Part shown: piece by piece, positions 34,217-47,559 of the stretch
Position numbering within the stretch: the stretch's first letter is position 1
How the letters are laid out: every line of letters begins with the position of its first letter
NCBI GenBank assembly: GCA_001600815.1
Contig: BCKZ01000010.1
Location: forward strand, 743,506-798,825
From: Alloascoidea hylecoeti
Taxonomy: Eukaryota
Direction of reading: 5' to 3'
Length of the DNA: 55,320 nt
Notes under the pieces: model-generated
The model's database searches: none
The model's input: the letters and a program-made list of their open reading frames with translations, nothing else
What the model was told of the DNA's origin: nothing
Position numbers and translations under genes: made by a program

Positions 34217-34554
34217 TTTTTTTTTCATGATATTTGAACTTATGTGTGTAATTTTATTTATATGTTTTTGTATATGTATATCGATATCTCTGTTGCTTTT
34301 TTTTCTGTTTATTCAGTAACGATGTTTCGTAGCTGGAAGGAGAGTGAGACAAGGTTACTTTCTGTTAATAATTTATAAGTTGAGTCCTATGTATTGCAGT
34401 ATTAATCTAGAGTTGTAACAATATAATTTGACTCTTTAATTATAAACTTTTAACATACCAAGGTAACATGGAAGATAAATATTACATACACCCAATCTAC
34501 CAGGAAGATTCGGTGGCTGGTATTATTCTCGACTTCTGCTGTAAAATTATATTA

Positions 34555-35405
34555 ATGAATAGGCAATCTCGTGCAATATCTTTTCCAGAAGCAGGAGATG
34601 TCATTAGCATCAGGCAAAATAGCACACTGATGCTCCTGAACTACCTGGTAAAACTCCTATACGGTGCCGGGACCTTTACAACCGTCTTATATGTTTTCTC
34701 GGTCGTCTTCCTGCGGCCACTATTTGAAAAGCAGTTGGTTTCAAGAAGGCAAGTGTTTGGTCTAACACTGGAAAAGTTGGCCAGTTTAAGAAACTCTCTT
34801 ATTAGCAGAGTTAAGATTATTCCTGCAAATACAAATAGTGTGTTGAAAGATGGGGTTCGATATGTTGACCAAGAAATTCAAGCTTCTACTCAAAAAGACA
34901 AGGATACTTCATCACATTTTAATGGGAAGAAGAAGGTAAAATTTGAGGATGATGAGCCTTTGGAAGATAAGTTGGGCAAACTTACCAAAAAACTTGATCA
35001 GCTTGCAGATAATATCGATCCTCCAGACCAAGATTTATATGGTTACTATGGGAAAAGAGGTGGTTCTGAGGTAGAACCCTTAAAACTAGTTATTAGAGAG
35101 ACTCAAGCATTATTGGACTCATACCTGTACTTTGACTACTTCAAACCACCCACAAAAACTAAAAATTCAACAGCAAAGAAAGAGGGTAAAACAGGAAATG
35201 GTAAGTTATGTCTTGTTTATATTTCATATGAATCTAAAAGAGATTATGTATTTTAACCATCATCTTTAGCCTCCACTTCGAGTGAAGTGAAAAAGGAGAT
35301 CCGAGCCATTAAGGGAATCTACATTTCTGGGTATGCCATTATGATTTACTTTTCAGTTGTTGATTTTAGATTGTATACTAACCGAGTAAATTTACCAGTC
35401 GTTAA
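34555..35405 (+). CDS. PEX17: Peroxin Pex17 (3 exons; introns 35201-35269, 35331-35398)
   Basis: LLYGAGTF..LY.....LRPLFEKQ..R, YVDQEIQ and the spliced C-terminus EVKKEIRAIKGIYISGR* match Pex17. Adjacent to RRG9 as in S. cerevisiae. An in-frame upstream ATG exists at 34468. Confidence 0.88.
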
Positions 35406-35547
35406 TAATAATAATTTTCATTTCATAAATAAAACCAAATTCAAATGTATTTCTATTTCATTAATTAGGATAATAGATATATATTTATTGTATTTAATCA
35501 AATACAAGTATCGTTATATTGAAATCCTTTTATAATATCAATAAGGA

Positions 35548-36342
35548 TCAAAACATCATAGAATGCAGATTGCGGTCTTTCTTTTGCATATTTTTATTAT
35601 TCTTATTACTCTTATCAGCTTGGGCATGCCTGTTGTCTATTTTATTTCCGTAGCTGATGTTTTTGCTCCGTCCTCTCGAATGTGTCTTTGGCTCATCTTG
35701 ATCTTCTTTATTATAAAGTATAGAATGTATTTTTTGACCTCTCTTTACCCACCGTTGATAAATTTTTTCTTCTTCTTCAGAATTCGGCCTCCATTTCACT
35801 CTTAGTATTCTTCTAATAGCTTCAGGTGAGATACGAAAATACTCTGCAAAGGTTGAAGCTTTTGTATCTGGGAACTTTATTGCAATGTGTTAGCGATGGG
35901 CTTATTTTTTATTTTTATATTTGTTATTTTTTATACATACTTGTTGCTTCAGCATCCGTATTCCTTCCATTGCTTCTCTTGATATCTTTTTCTCTGGATT
36001 CCAAGATTGGCCTTGGAATTTTTCTTTAAGCGAAAACATTTGTCTTTGCCATTCTGAATAGTCTCTCTTTTTCCTCCAGTTATCTGGTACTGTGGGAAGA
36101 TTGAAATTCTTTATTTTCGTGTCAGTGGCACGAATTTTTTTCGCTGGATTTATAATTACTATTCCTTCTTTACTCTTCTTTTTTATTTTTGTTTCCCCAT
36201 CAGATGTGGTCGGTATATCAAAATCAGGAAGATTCCATGATTTCCCTTTACATATTTTCGTTGCACTCAGTGGCCTTGCCTGTGCGAGTTCCCAATTCCG
36301 TGCGACAATCTTACAGGTAATCGGCCATTTATGGGCAAACAT
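35548..36342 (-). CDS. RRG9: Neugrin-family mitochondrial protein Rrg9 (intron 35875-35940)
   Basis: EWQRQMFSLKEKFQGQSWNPEKKISREAMEGIRMLKQQ|FPD...FRISPEAIRRILRVKWRP. GTATGT donor, GCTAAC branch, AAG acceptor. Confidence 0.92.
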
Positions 36343-36402
36343 TAAATTTAGAACTGATTTGATTCTGTAGTAAAAAGATTTAAAAAAACGAATGATGGTC
36401 AA

Positions 36403-36410
36403 TTACCCGG
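36403..36410 (+). promoter_or_regulatory. Reb1-type site in the RRG9/VID27 bidirectional promoter
   Basis: TTACCCGG near the middle of a 141-nt divergent spacer. Confidence 0.6.
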
Positions 36411-36483
36411 CTCATACATTCAAAAAGAAAACAATAAATTTGGCTACTGTTCTATTGCAAAGTTTCTTCTGGTTATTTAAAAC

Positions 36484-39105
36484 ATGAACTTCCTCAAGAG
36501 AATGTTAGGGTCTTCGCTTGACGAGGAGGTCGCCTTGATCCCATCTGGCCAACTGTTTTTGGCTAGAAGTCCATCATCTCCAAAGGGGGAAGCAGAGTGC
36601 ATGTAAGCGTGATGATTCATTAGGATCTGATTTGATTTAACCCCTACGAAAATATATCTAACCCCATCTTACTCTTAATGTAGTTATAATGATGCAGTGG
36701 CTTCCATCCGTAAAACTTCTGTGGACTTCCATTATCAATTAGTTATACAAAGAGCTTATGAAGAAGGGGAAGAGCAATTGAAATATGATGATGATGAGGA
36801 AGACGACGATGATTCAAAGGATGAATGGATTTTCTTGTTAGATGAATCATTGGAATTAAGGCTGTTAAGGAAAGAAAATAATTGGGTCATTGCTTGGCTA
36901 GATCTGTCTGGTGACCCTGGTGATCTCTTCCAATTTATTATTAATGATCCAACAAACCAAACCTCAATCAAAATATTCATGAAAGAGGTGAATAAATGCG
37001 TGTACGAACGCAAATATCAGAAGTCTTCTTCCAATGCTTCAATCAAGGATTTGAAAGAGTTTGAATATTTTCCAGATGATGTGGGTGATGTATCTAAATT
37101 TTCAGACACAAAATCTTTGGATATCCCCAAATCAACTACAAACCGCATAAAGTTATCTTTATTAAAGCCTAGACATGATCAAATCGCATCATCTGTGGAA
37201 TCGGATTATGCATTTGAAGATGCTCAAGATACAATAGAAGATCCTAATGTTTCTAAAGTTCATGAAGACATTGTGGCAAAGCAGAAATATTCCACTCCAC
37301 CGCAACCAATAAAGGGAATAGAACCAAATCAACAACAAATTGAAAGACTACCAGAACAACCCGAGGAAAATCAAAAAGAGCAAGAAACACTTCAACCCCC
37401 TTCGGTTGAGGAAACACCCGAGGGGGAATCTATCGTTAAATCTAAAGCAGAATTGCACCTTTTTGATCCAACTTCCGGTTCATTCATTCTCCAGGAACCT
37501 AATTCAATGGTAGAAGTTCTTGATCTAGGTAAATGGGAATACTATCTTGAAGTAGCCAATTCAGATGAAAAGCTTTTAGGATCTCTTATATCTCAGGACA
37601 TGAACCCTTGCTTTAATTTTGAGCATCTCTCATTTATTTTTAACTACTTTATCGAGGATAAAGCATTTAGTTGGCTGTTAAAATTTCAAGATTTTGACGT
37701 TTTATCTGAATTTCAACAAGGGTTCATGAGAGCGCTATGGGAGGGTCTTAATCAGCAGAAATGGCTAAAAGTTAAAGATTATGAAAGAGATTATGTATTA
37801 GATGCTTTTAATCAACTAAAATTAGAAGAAGATAACACTGGATTAGAAGAAATTCCAGAAGACGATGAAGATGAATTCTTCACTGATGATGAGCCAGAAA
37901 AAGGGACCATATCTACTGGACTTGCAAATAAATATGAATCTGACTCAGAAGAAGATAGTGACGAAGAAACGCGTAAATATTTGACAGATGGTACAAAGAA
38001 CAGTCAGCTAACTGTGGGTTATAAAAATGATCGATCATACGTAGTTAGAGGTAATAAGATTGGGGTATTCAAACATACAGATGATGATCAATTAGAATTC
38101 CAGACAGCAATTGAAAATATACGTGGCCCAAAAGGCAATCCATTTTCCCCTCAAAAAGTGATGTTACATACGGGAGATTCGGCTCTTGTTATGCAGGATC
38201 AGAACAACAAAAACTCTTTATTTAAAATGGATCTGGAATATGGGAAGGTTGTTGAAGAGTGGAAAGTTCACGATGATATTCCTGTGATTGAATTTGGACC
38301 TTCAAAAAAATTCTCACAAATGACGAATGAACAAACATTTTTGGGCATCTCTAGTAATGGATTATTTAGAGTTGACCCAAGATTGGCGGGTGATAAATTA
38401 GTAGAGGGGGAATTGAAGCAATATAAATCCAAAAATCAATTCAGTGCACTCACTACAACTGAAAATGGATTTATTGCAGTCGCGTCGAATAAAGGTGATA
38501 TCAGACTATATGATAGACTGGGAATTAATGCAAAGACACAACTTCCTGCTCTTGGTGAAGCCATTATTGGTGTGGACGTCAGTGCTGATGGACGATGGAT
38601 TCTTGCAACTTGTAAGACTTATTTACTTCTAATCGATGCTCTTATTAAAGAAGGGAAAAATGAAGGTTCCCTTGGTTTCAAAAAGCCATTTGGTAAAGAC
38701 ACCAAACCAAGACCTCGAAGATTACAAATTAGCCCTGAGCACGTTGCTTATATGCAACAAGAGACGAAAAAACCTTTGGATTTTACAAAGGCACATTTCA
38801 ACACGGGTGTTAATGCTAAGGAACAAACAATTGTATCTTCATCCGGGCCTTATGTAATCACTTGGTCTTTAAAGAAAATACTTAGGGATGATCGTGAGCC
38901 ATATCTTATCAAGAGTTATGATTCGGATGTTATGGCTGATGACTTCAAGTTTGGCTCAGATAAAAATGTGATTATTGCTCTTAGTGACGATGTTGGTATG
39001 GTGAACAGGAAAACTTTCCGTAAGCCAACAAGAGAATCATTGGTGACACCAGTTAGAAGAGTTGGTGCTCTATCTAGAAGCAGTATTGTTAATAGTCCCT
39101 ACTGA
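36484..39105 (+). CDS. VID27: Vid27 (intron 36603-36683)
   Basis: MNFLKRMLG..IPSGQLFL.RSP.SPKG..ECI|YNDA, YQLVIQRAYEEGE, and C-terminal GDIRLYDRLGINAKTQLPALGEAIIGVDVSADGRWILATC. Confidence 0.95.
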
Positions 39106-39261
39106 GGCTAGTACTTAGGCTTCTGGCACATGTTTTGTTGGTTCCGTTTTTTCAATTTACATACAATTAATTAATTATAAATTTAAAGGTACTTTCATAT
39201 AATCACTACAGTGTATTAAAATAAATGATAGTATACATTATGTTCCTATTGCTTTTATCCA

Positions 39262-40025
39262 TCAGATACTGAAATTATTGGTTGCAAGAAGAAACATATT
39301 TTGTTTGCTTTGCCATCTATTCAAAGCAGGATGATTTAACTGAGGTCTTCGAGGTCTTTGGGCAACTCCATCAGTCTCTCCTTCAGAATCATTGGCATCC
39401 GATAAAACTTTCTTTTCTTTGACTGCTCTTTTCTTTAGTAGCTTATTAAGAGTGTCCCTTTTTTCTTCCTCTAGTCGCCTTTCCGATAAATTTTTCCGTT
39501 TTCGAGCCGTTTCGGCCTTCCGTAGTTGCACTTCTTCTTCTGTGAGGATCTTCTTCTTGGTTCCTTCTAAAGGTAATGCAAGAAGCTCCTCATCATTAGA
39601 TGCGTATCTTGACCTTTGTCGTTCTGTCATTCTGGAAAAGTCGGGTGTCGCTACCTGAGAAGAGTTCCAGTCTTCTTCATCAAAGTCACCTTCATCAGTA
39701 CTATTGTCGTGACCGGTGCTATTAGTGTTGTTTAGAGCCCTTTTCAGGGGTATCCTCAACTTTAAACTTACTACTCTCTGCTTCTTCGGACGTGGGTTTT
39801 TGTCGATGCTTCTTGAAGGCTCTTCACCTAAGTCACCATATGCATCGACCATAGTTTTATCGAGGTTTTCTTGCACATGTTAGTAAAAATACTTCATCGA
39901 AAAGTTCAAAAGCACGGATTGGGCATACTGTTTTCCGTTTCGATGCCATCGCTCAACTCGCTCAACTCGCTTAGATCCGATGAGCTTTCTTCGTCGCTGA
40001 CGATTGTGCGTAGTCTTCGAGCCAT
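39262..40025 (-). CDS. IES2: INO80 subunit Ies2, PAPA-1 domain (intron 39870-39928)
   Basis: SRMTERQR and LTEEEVQLRKAETARKRKNLSERRLEEEKRDTLNKLLKKRA. 5' exon from ATG 40025 with GTATGC donor and TACTAAC branch. Confidence 0.9.
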
Positions 40026-40081
40026 TAATGTACAATTTGCAAGTTGGTGATGAAAATGATAAATAGCTACGCCATCGGTGT

Positions 40082-40089
40082 GTCACGTG
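40082..40089 (+). promoter_or_regulatory. Cbf1-type E-box GTCACGTG in the IES2/GYP7 bidirectional promoter
   Basis: Exact RTCACGTG at the centre of a 116-nt divergent spacer. Confidence 0.6.
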
Positions 40090-40141
40090 CATGTACCGTT
40101 GCTTTATATGAAGAACAAAGATCATCTCTTCCTCGCTCATC

Positions 40142-42358
40142 ATGTCCTCCTCAAACTCCTCCAAGCCCGTCCCTTCAACCTCTACCCCCTCCGCAAGAGC
40201 TTCCGCAAATAAATCACCATCCACCAGCTCATGCTTAGGGTCTCGCTCAAAAGTCATTCTTCTATACTGCAAATCAAAAGTATGTCTACACCCCACAAAT
40301 TTACCCAAAGATAATATACCGGGCTATGTCATTCTCACAAGAAGTAGAGGGGGGTCCAATAAAGATGTCATACTTTCTTGGGTCCCTGAGGACTCACTTG
40401 AAACGGGTGATGTTGTTGTTTTTGATAAGGTTGATATGCTATCAGTATCCGAGCTCGACCCTGTCGACTCCGGCTATGGTAACAAGACAACGCCACAAGA
40501 GTTCTTGATCAAAAAACCTCTTGTCTCTTCGCTTTCCTCTTATGCATTCTCAATCCCTATTGCTGATATTTATTCACTGCAAATAAGAGTCCCCACTGTT
40601 GGGTTATGGTGCGGGTCTATTGTAATCCATCCTAGGACTTCCGAGGTTCTTCCCGTTCTATTCTTCCATGATGAAGAGTCCCCCAGCACCTTAGCGGAAA
40701 GAAAAATTCGCAACCAGAAGTTTGAAATATTTTCTACAAATAGCCCGACATCCTTATTTTGGGGTGGCGATCAATTGATGGATGAAATGTCGAAATATGT
40801 AGTGGTAGTAAAGTCCTCCTTTGAACCCTCCATTTTCCTCATCAACCCCGACTCAGAGGATAGAAGATCATTCAGTCCATTAGTAAAAAAGATAAATAAT
40901 GAGTCTACAAAAAAGCCCATGGATTTGAAGTCATTCTTAAAAGAGGCCAAATGGACCGTTTTAGAAAGGATTGCTCAAATTACCCACAATTCGAAAAAGG
41001 CAGCAATCGAGGTAATTGATAATAACGCTCCCCCTAAACTAAGAGCGCTGCTGAATCAACCAGAAGTAAAGCGTATTGGTGAGGAGTTTGACTCAGCTAG
41101 AGTATATCTAGCAAAATGGGCTCTAAGTGCCCAAGAAGAGGCAGAAAGGTCAAGATACAAAAGGATACAATGGAATACTGAATATGATATTGAAATACTT
41201 TCGCTTGAGGATGAGGCCATATCTAGAAGAAATGAAGTTGGGAAAGTAGAATGGGAGTCATTTTTTGATTATTCTGGAAGATTACAAATCACTGCTGTTG
41301 AAGTAAAGGAAAGGATATTTCATGGTGGAATAGCCGACAACATTCGGCATGAAGTATGGCCTTTCTTGTTAGGTGTTTATCCATGGAACTCCTCTGATGA
41401 AGAAAGAAGAATAATTCGTACTACGTTAAGAAGTGACTACGAAGCATTAAAGAAAAGGTGGTATAGTGATGAAGATTTACAAAAGTATGATGAATTTTGG
41501 AAAGATCAAAAGTTCAGGATTGAAAAGGATATATTTAGAACTGATCGAAATCATCCAATGTTTAAGAATCTTGATATCCCGAATCTTGACCCTGACACTA
41601 AGGTGAATGAGCCGAATACAAATGTTCATCTAGAACAACTGAAAGTAATTCTGATCACTTTTAACGAGTATAATGTTAATTTGGGCTATGTTCAAGGAAT
41701 GAGTGATTTATTAAGTCCAATTTATGTCGTGATGCAAGATGATGGTATGGCGTTTTGGGGGTTTGCTCGCTTTATGGAAAGAATGGAGAGAAATTTTTTA
41801 AGGGATCAATCGGGAATGAGAGAACAACTTAAAACTTTGGAACTACTTGTTCAATTCATGAACCCAGATCTTCATAAACACCTTGAGAAATGCGACTCGA
41901 CAAATTTTTTTTTCTTTTTTAGAATGTTGTTGGTTTGGTTTAAAAGGGAATTCGATTGGGAACATGTTCTAAAACTATGGGAAGTATTATGGACTGATTA
42001 TTATTCTTCTCAGTTTCATTTATTTTTCGCCTTAGCTATTCTAGATAAGCATCAATTTGTCATAATGGAGCATCTTGAGAGATTCGATGAAGTCTTGAAA
42101 TATATTAATGATCTTTCGATGGATATGAACTTGGACGATATATTGGTTAGAGCCGAAAAACTATTTCTCAAATTTAAAAAGATGTGTGACGTCGTTGACA
42201 AAAAGGCTAGTTATGCTCCTGTAATAATAGGTTCTACTGGGTCTGTGGAAGATCAAGAAGAAGTTGAGAAAATGTCAGAAGAATTGAAATTACTTTTGAG
42301 TAAAGATATTATTGTTACAAAAGAATCGGAGAGACCATCTGGTGCTGGTGGAGGTTAA
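40142..42358 (+). CDS. GYP7: Rab GAP Gyp7 (TBC domain)
   Basis: LLYCKSKVCLHPT..KDNIPGY, FDSARVYLAKWA, arginine finger IEKDIFRTDR, glutamine finger GYVQGMSDLL, FFFFRMLLVWFKRE. Confidence 0.96.
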   Translation: MSSSNSSKPVPSTSTPSARASANKSPSTSSCLGSRSKVILLYCKSKVCLHPTNLPKDNIPGYVILTRSRGGSNKDVILSWVPEDSLETGDVVVFDKVDMLSVSELDPVDSGYGNKTTPQEFLIKKPLVSSLSSYAFSIPIADIYSLQIRVPTVGLWCGSIVIHPRTSEVLPVLFFHDEESPSTLAERKIRNQKFEIFSTNSPTSLFWGGDQLMDEMSKYVVVVKSSFEPSIFLINPDSEDRRSFSPLVKKINNESTKKPMDLKSFLKEAKWTVLERIAQITHNSKKAAIEVIDNNAPPKLRALLNQPEVKRIGEEFDSARVYLAKWALSAQEEAERSRYKRIQWNTEYDIEILSLEDEAISRRNEVGKVEWESFFDYSGRLQITAVEVKERIFHGGIADNIRHEVWPFLLGVYPWNSSDEERRIIRTTLRSDYEALKKRWYSDEDLQKYDEFWKDQKFRIEKDIFRTDRNHPMFKNLDIPNLDPDTKVNEPNTNVHLEQLKVILITFNEYNVNLGYVQGMSDLLSPIYVVMQDDGMAFWGFARFMERMERNFLRDQSGMREQLKTLELLVQFMNPDLHKHLEKCDSTNFFFFFRMLLVWFKREFDWEHVLKLWEVLWTDYYSSQFHLFFALAILDKHQFVIMEHLERFDEVLKYINDLSMDMNLDDILVRAEKLFLKFKKMCDVVDKKASYAPVIIGSTGSVEDQEEVEKMSEELKLLLSKDIIVTKESERPSGAGGG

Positions 42359-44417
42359 ATATCGCATTGCATTGATTTTGAATATTAATACAAGTTTATT
42401 TGCGATTTCTATTTCCAAGTTTTCCTCATAAATAGTATACACTTAAGCTAGTAGAACCACCCATTCCAGATATGAAAAAAGAAATAAAAAAAAGTAAAAA
42501 ATATAAAAAAATAATAGGGAGAGAGGGATGAACCTGGTGAGATAATGGGTATGGTAAATAAAATGAGTATTCCTTATATTTTAAGTTCAACGTTATGAAT
42601 ATAATATTTACCCTAAAAGTTTCGACATCTGGAAATTTAGAGTACCAAATTTGAGTGTTGACCATTAATTATAAGTATGATACAGGCGAATACATAAGTA
42701 TCGAATTACTATTATTTTCATAAACAATTAAATAGTAGATTTAGGCCCTATGTAACATCACATTAAATTTGTTCCTAGGCCTATAAATACGCCAGGGTAT
42801 AATATATAAAGTTATTTGGAGGCAAAGTTGAGAAATATATATGTATTTCTTAATTTCTGTGTAATAAAAATTTCATTCTGGGGCGACAAAAGAACTGTAA
42901 TTGGTACACATGTGGATGGCATTGAAGAAGCGAAAAAAGAATTCGAGACATAAAAAAATTATAACTGGAGTTCTTCACCGGATACCTAACCCTCATATGA
43001 ACACAATTTAATATATACTACGTACCAAAAAACAAAAGGTGGCAACCTAACAACTACACTGTAAATGTTAATGAGTCGACAAACAAATTTAAAAGAGATC
43101 TAGATATTAAACCAATGCACCCCAACCACCAAATTTAATCCACTTCATATAGGCCTATATTTTAAAAATAGCTAGTAGATAAATGGCCAATATTATAATA
43201 TATATTTTGTTGTTTGCGCAAAAATATTTTCCACTTCTTCTGAAGTTCTTCGTCAAATTTGTTGGCCTACATCGTTAAGAAATAGGGTGAGGGTATAGTT
43301 TACATATAATTACGTGAATCTCGTGCTTTTAAGTAATAAAACTTGCGTTATCCGGATCTGTGCATGCTTATTTCACTAAGATATTTCCTCTTGACCACTC
43401 CACGTCAATGCAACATTGCATAGAGATGCATATTTTTACGTTATATATTGTTTTCTGAAATAATGAGTTAATTATTAACAAAAATAAACAAAAAAAAACA
43501 CAAATTTTACCTCTCTAGATAGGCCCATAGCATTGAAGTCTACGTGCTCGATATTTAAAGTATTTTCATTATAAGTCTTACACCTATAATTGCAGTCGAT
43601 ATGATTAATATTCAAGCATCAGATCAGCTACAATTGGAATTATAGTTGGTATCATTTAATGATCAAATTAACTAAGAATTTGCTTGGCCTAGATTACATG
43701 TGTGAAGGAACACAGACTCAAGATAAGGAACAAGGAGGAGGAAAGAGAGCAACACAATGAGAAATAGTTTATAAAGAAGCACTTCAAGTGGAAGAACGTC
43801 GGCCATGTAGATTAGAATGATGCATTTGGTGTGCAATTGGTGTGCAATTAGTGCGCAATCAATATGTAAAAATCCACTGGCGGTAGGTTTTGTAGTAGTA
43901 GTTATGAGATGCACGTTTGATACTGTGAAAAGAATTGAGTTACGCGACTGTAGAGAAGATTAAGATGTTTTAGCGGTGATGGTGAAGAAAAGGGACTCTG
44001 AAGTTGTCCATGTGGTTGAATATTATTTCAAAAAATAAGTTTCCAAACATCTTCGTGTTTACATTGATACTGCTCTTAACGTAATATTTATAGTTGCATG
44101 CATACATCATGGAGACTAAAATTTCGAGTCCCCGAAATTAGGGTTATAACATTTAAACTTCTCTAATCAATATGATACTTATGATCCAGAATATAATAAT
44201 TAAATATATGAGAATAAATAATATAAATAGACAATGAAAACCACAAGTTTAGAGTCATCTCAATATATATATACATAAGAGTTATAGCTATTTTTACCGT
44301 ATCCTATTGCATATGCAGCCGTAGATGTCACTCTAATGCTTGTGAGCAATAACCTGAACTAGCATTAATTATTATATTATGGTATATTTAAATTTTCAAC
44401 TCAATGCTTGATTCTCC

Positions 44418-45980
44418 TTATAAGTATAAATGTTTGTCTGTAACTTCATAAGTGTTTTCATGATCACCGAACTTACTTAAGCTCATAAGTTTCGGGTCTA
44501 AGTTGAAGTCTTTTTCAGGTGATTTTAACCTCTGTCTGAGCTCGTCGACTAAACTATCAATGGTTCGTTGATTGGATCCTCTCAAAAGTGTATCTCCTCC
44601 AGATAACGACAAACTTAACATAGGAATATCATTATCATTTGTAGTTACCGCATCTACTATGAGAGACGCACTTGTGGAAGCTGTGCAAAATGACATTCTC
44701 TCGATATTAAATTTTGAATCAGCAGAATAATCATATTTTATATAACCAAGATTAGAAAAGTATACTGTGTTGATATTCTTACAGACACACCATTTATCAA
44801 GGTAGTTGTATAAATCTGGTAGAAACCCTGTTAAGGAGATAAATGATTCACTCAAAAGCTTACTGGGGGTAGTTAGTCTTTTTAGCTCATTGCTAAATTT
44901 TGAAACCTTCTCCCAGAAAGGTGTAGCTTTCTCATCATTGTAACATCCTTCTACAGTGGTTGCATAAAATCCCCAGACCTTCTTAGGCTCTATACCCTTT
45001 AAATGCGTTTTGTAAGAGGATTTTGGAATACTTTTCCGGAAATCTGCGGCAATATTCATTCTCATACACTTTTGACCAGAAAAATGGCTAACGCAATCTG
45101 TGACTAAAACACTCAAGTAGGTTGTAACCGAAACATGATTTGCTTTACATACACGAATGATGCTAGAAGTCTCTTGGGAATTTAGGTTAATGAATTGAAT
45201 TTGTAATCTAGGCAAACTAAATTTCTCTGGAAAAACATCTGGGGTAACTGTTAATGGTGGTGGCACCTTCCATTGGGTTCTGCAAGATCTTGGCCAAAAG
45301 ATCCTAGGTAAATATTCAATTGCTAATATACCAAGAATATAAAGAAAATTTGGTTTGACGCTCATCATCTCATCGGGGTTTGGGGGTATTACAATATTTT
45401 CTCCCAGATCTGATATTTTGATAATATTATCTTTTTCTGTATTGCCGATATTTAGTGCTGGTGATGATTCCAGGAGTCTTAAGTGATACAATAAAGACTG
45501 GTGAAAGAAATGAGCAGACTTACCATCCATCAATGCATGATTAAAAAATAAGCAAACCTCAGTATTGTTAACAACTATCAGTCTCCATAAGACACCATTC
45601 TTTTGATTGGTGGTATCACCTAAACCTTCTCCGATAATATCAACGACATTCTTCTTATTAAGATAACTCTTTGGGTCATCCATGGCACACTCATCTGTAT
45701 TGCAAAATTCAACAACATTTTCAAGATCAAGTTGTTCAATGAGTTCCCATCTTGCATCGGACCTTTTAACCTTTGGAGAACTATAGAATAGATTTGCAAG
45801 TAACCATGGATGATCAATTATCACTCCCTTTAGTGCTTGTATTAGTTCGTTTTTATTCAGCTCTTTTGAGTATCTTGTACCGATCCAGACACCAGAGAAT
45901 AAATGTCTATGGCACATAACAGCATGAAACCATTCATTTGCTGTGGGGGGTCTTATGATATTTCTTTGCCGAACTGACAT
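44418..45980 (-). CDS. Alcohol acetyltransferase / Sli1-Atf-family CoA-dependent acyltransferase
   Basis: WRLIVV..VCLFFNHALMDGKSAHFFH (HxxxDG), CKANHVSVT and FSNLG motifs. TATATAAA about 75 nt upstream. Confidence 0.85.
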   Translation of the reverse strand: MSVRQRNIIRPPTANEWFHAVMCHRHLFSGVWIGTRYSKELNKNELIQALKGVIIDHPWLLANLFYSSPKVKRSDARWELIEQLDLENVVEFCNTDECAMDDPKSYLNKKNVVDIIGEGLGDTTNQKNGVLWRLIVVNNTEVCLFFNHALMDGKSAHFFHQSLLYHLRLLESSPALNIGNTEKDNIIKISDLGENIVIPPNPDEMMSVKPNFLYILGILAIEYLPRIFWPRSCRTQWKVPPPLTVTPDVFPEKFSLPRLQIQFINLNSQETSSIIRVCKANHVSVTTYLSVLVTDCVSHFSGQKCMRMNIAADFRKSIPKSSYKTHLKGIEPKKVWGFYATTVEGCYNDEKATPFWEKVSKFSNELKRLTTPSKLLSESFISLTGFLPDLYNYLDKWCVCKNINTVYFSNLGYIKYDYSADSKFNIERMSFCTASTSASLIVDAVTTNDNDIPMLSLSLSGGDTLLRGSNQRTIDSLVDELRQRLKSPEKDFNLDPKLMSLSKFGDHENTYEVTDKHLYL

Positions 45981-47559
45981 TATGAATTGCACTAGCGATA
46001 ATATAATAGTTTAGTATATCGAGATAATTTCTTTGATATGAGCTTTTCTCCCTTTATATATAGAGCGATAAAATATCAGCGAGTAAATTTTGTGCTTTCT
46101 TTTATTGATAATCAAATTACTATTATACTTCAAATATGTTTGAGAAAAATGAATTATTCAATTAAGTGTTTGAATTCTCTAATGTTTATTACATATTATC
46201 TCGGGCGACTTATATGAAGATTAAAATTATAAATATAAGTATATATATATATATATTACTCTAAAAGATTTATGTTCAATTAATTAATTAATTATAAGTG
46301 GTTTTAATGCCAATGCGTGCAATCGGGAGTTTAGTTATAGAAAGTAATATATCACTCATCAGTTCTTGTCTCAAGAAAGAATAATACAAATACAAATAAA
46401 CCTTCTTGATCTAATTCCATATGTTAATTTAGTGAAAAGTAAATTACCGCTTATGGAAGTTTCACCATCAATTTTGCTATATAAGTGAGAATGTATAACG
46501 ACAATTTAGTTACTATACTCTGGTAACAGTGGTAAGTATCAAAAAGTTAATAAAAAATATGATTAATGTAGTATGATAGAATAAACCAATTGCATTCAAT
46601 GCATTGCATTCATCACTCTAAATTGATCAATGCATACGTATCTGCACAATATATGCTGATGAGTGAAGCTTTATATAAGCTTAAGGTATATATGGCAGGC
46701 ATTGACAGCCATAATTCTTGTTAATATTTGAAAGTTAAAAATTTCACAGATGTCTTGATCTTTTATTATAATTATACATAATCTTCCTTCAACATATAAG
46801 TGCTGGAATTCAATTATATATATATATTATACCATGGTATAAGGGGCCTTAGAACTTGTGAACTATGTACGTAACTTACATGTTGTAGCTATATAGAGGA
46901 AAAGCATATATATATAATATATATATGCATTGCATACGGATTTGCTTGAACACTACCGGAAAAACTATACCATAACTATTGAAACTTTAATCTTGGAGAG
47001 CCATTTCAGAAGCAAGGGCCAGCAGGACCTTAAAAATATTCCATTTTGACATTTATTATTACCTCGAAGTATGAGCCAGTATTACCCCCTCAAAGTATAA
47101 TGTTTTAGAGTAATTAGCAATAAAGTTCTGTTAATGTCGCATTATCTTAAGTTAGACGCTAAAGGGTTTTCTTTTGCTATAATTATATAAGTAGATTAAA
47201 ATCAAAATTTATATAATTATTTAATAACTTACACACACACAATGTAAGTGTCCAAGAAAAACTGTGTTAGCACTATAGTGCATGTATAATAGAGATCAAT
47301 GGCCATATTACTAAAATATATTGAACTTTAGTAGGGTATTTTGTTAATTTTGTAATTAGAAAAATTTATAAATCTCAAATTTATCTAGTACATTCAGCTA
47401 TGTAAAGCCTGAAGTTGCGCTCATTTTTGGGTCTCCTCTAAATAGATATAGCAATATTATAATCGACAACAGCTACAAGGCCATTAATGATCTCAAAATG
47501 GTGCATAATATTCCGTCAATTCTGTTAGTCCATGGAATTAAATTTAGTATATAGTGTTA

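Noticed and set aside
40082..40089. CDEI of a point centromere
   Set aside because: No AT-rich CDEII or CDEIII follows, and the site is in a 116-nt promoter.
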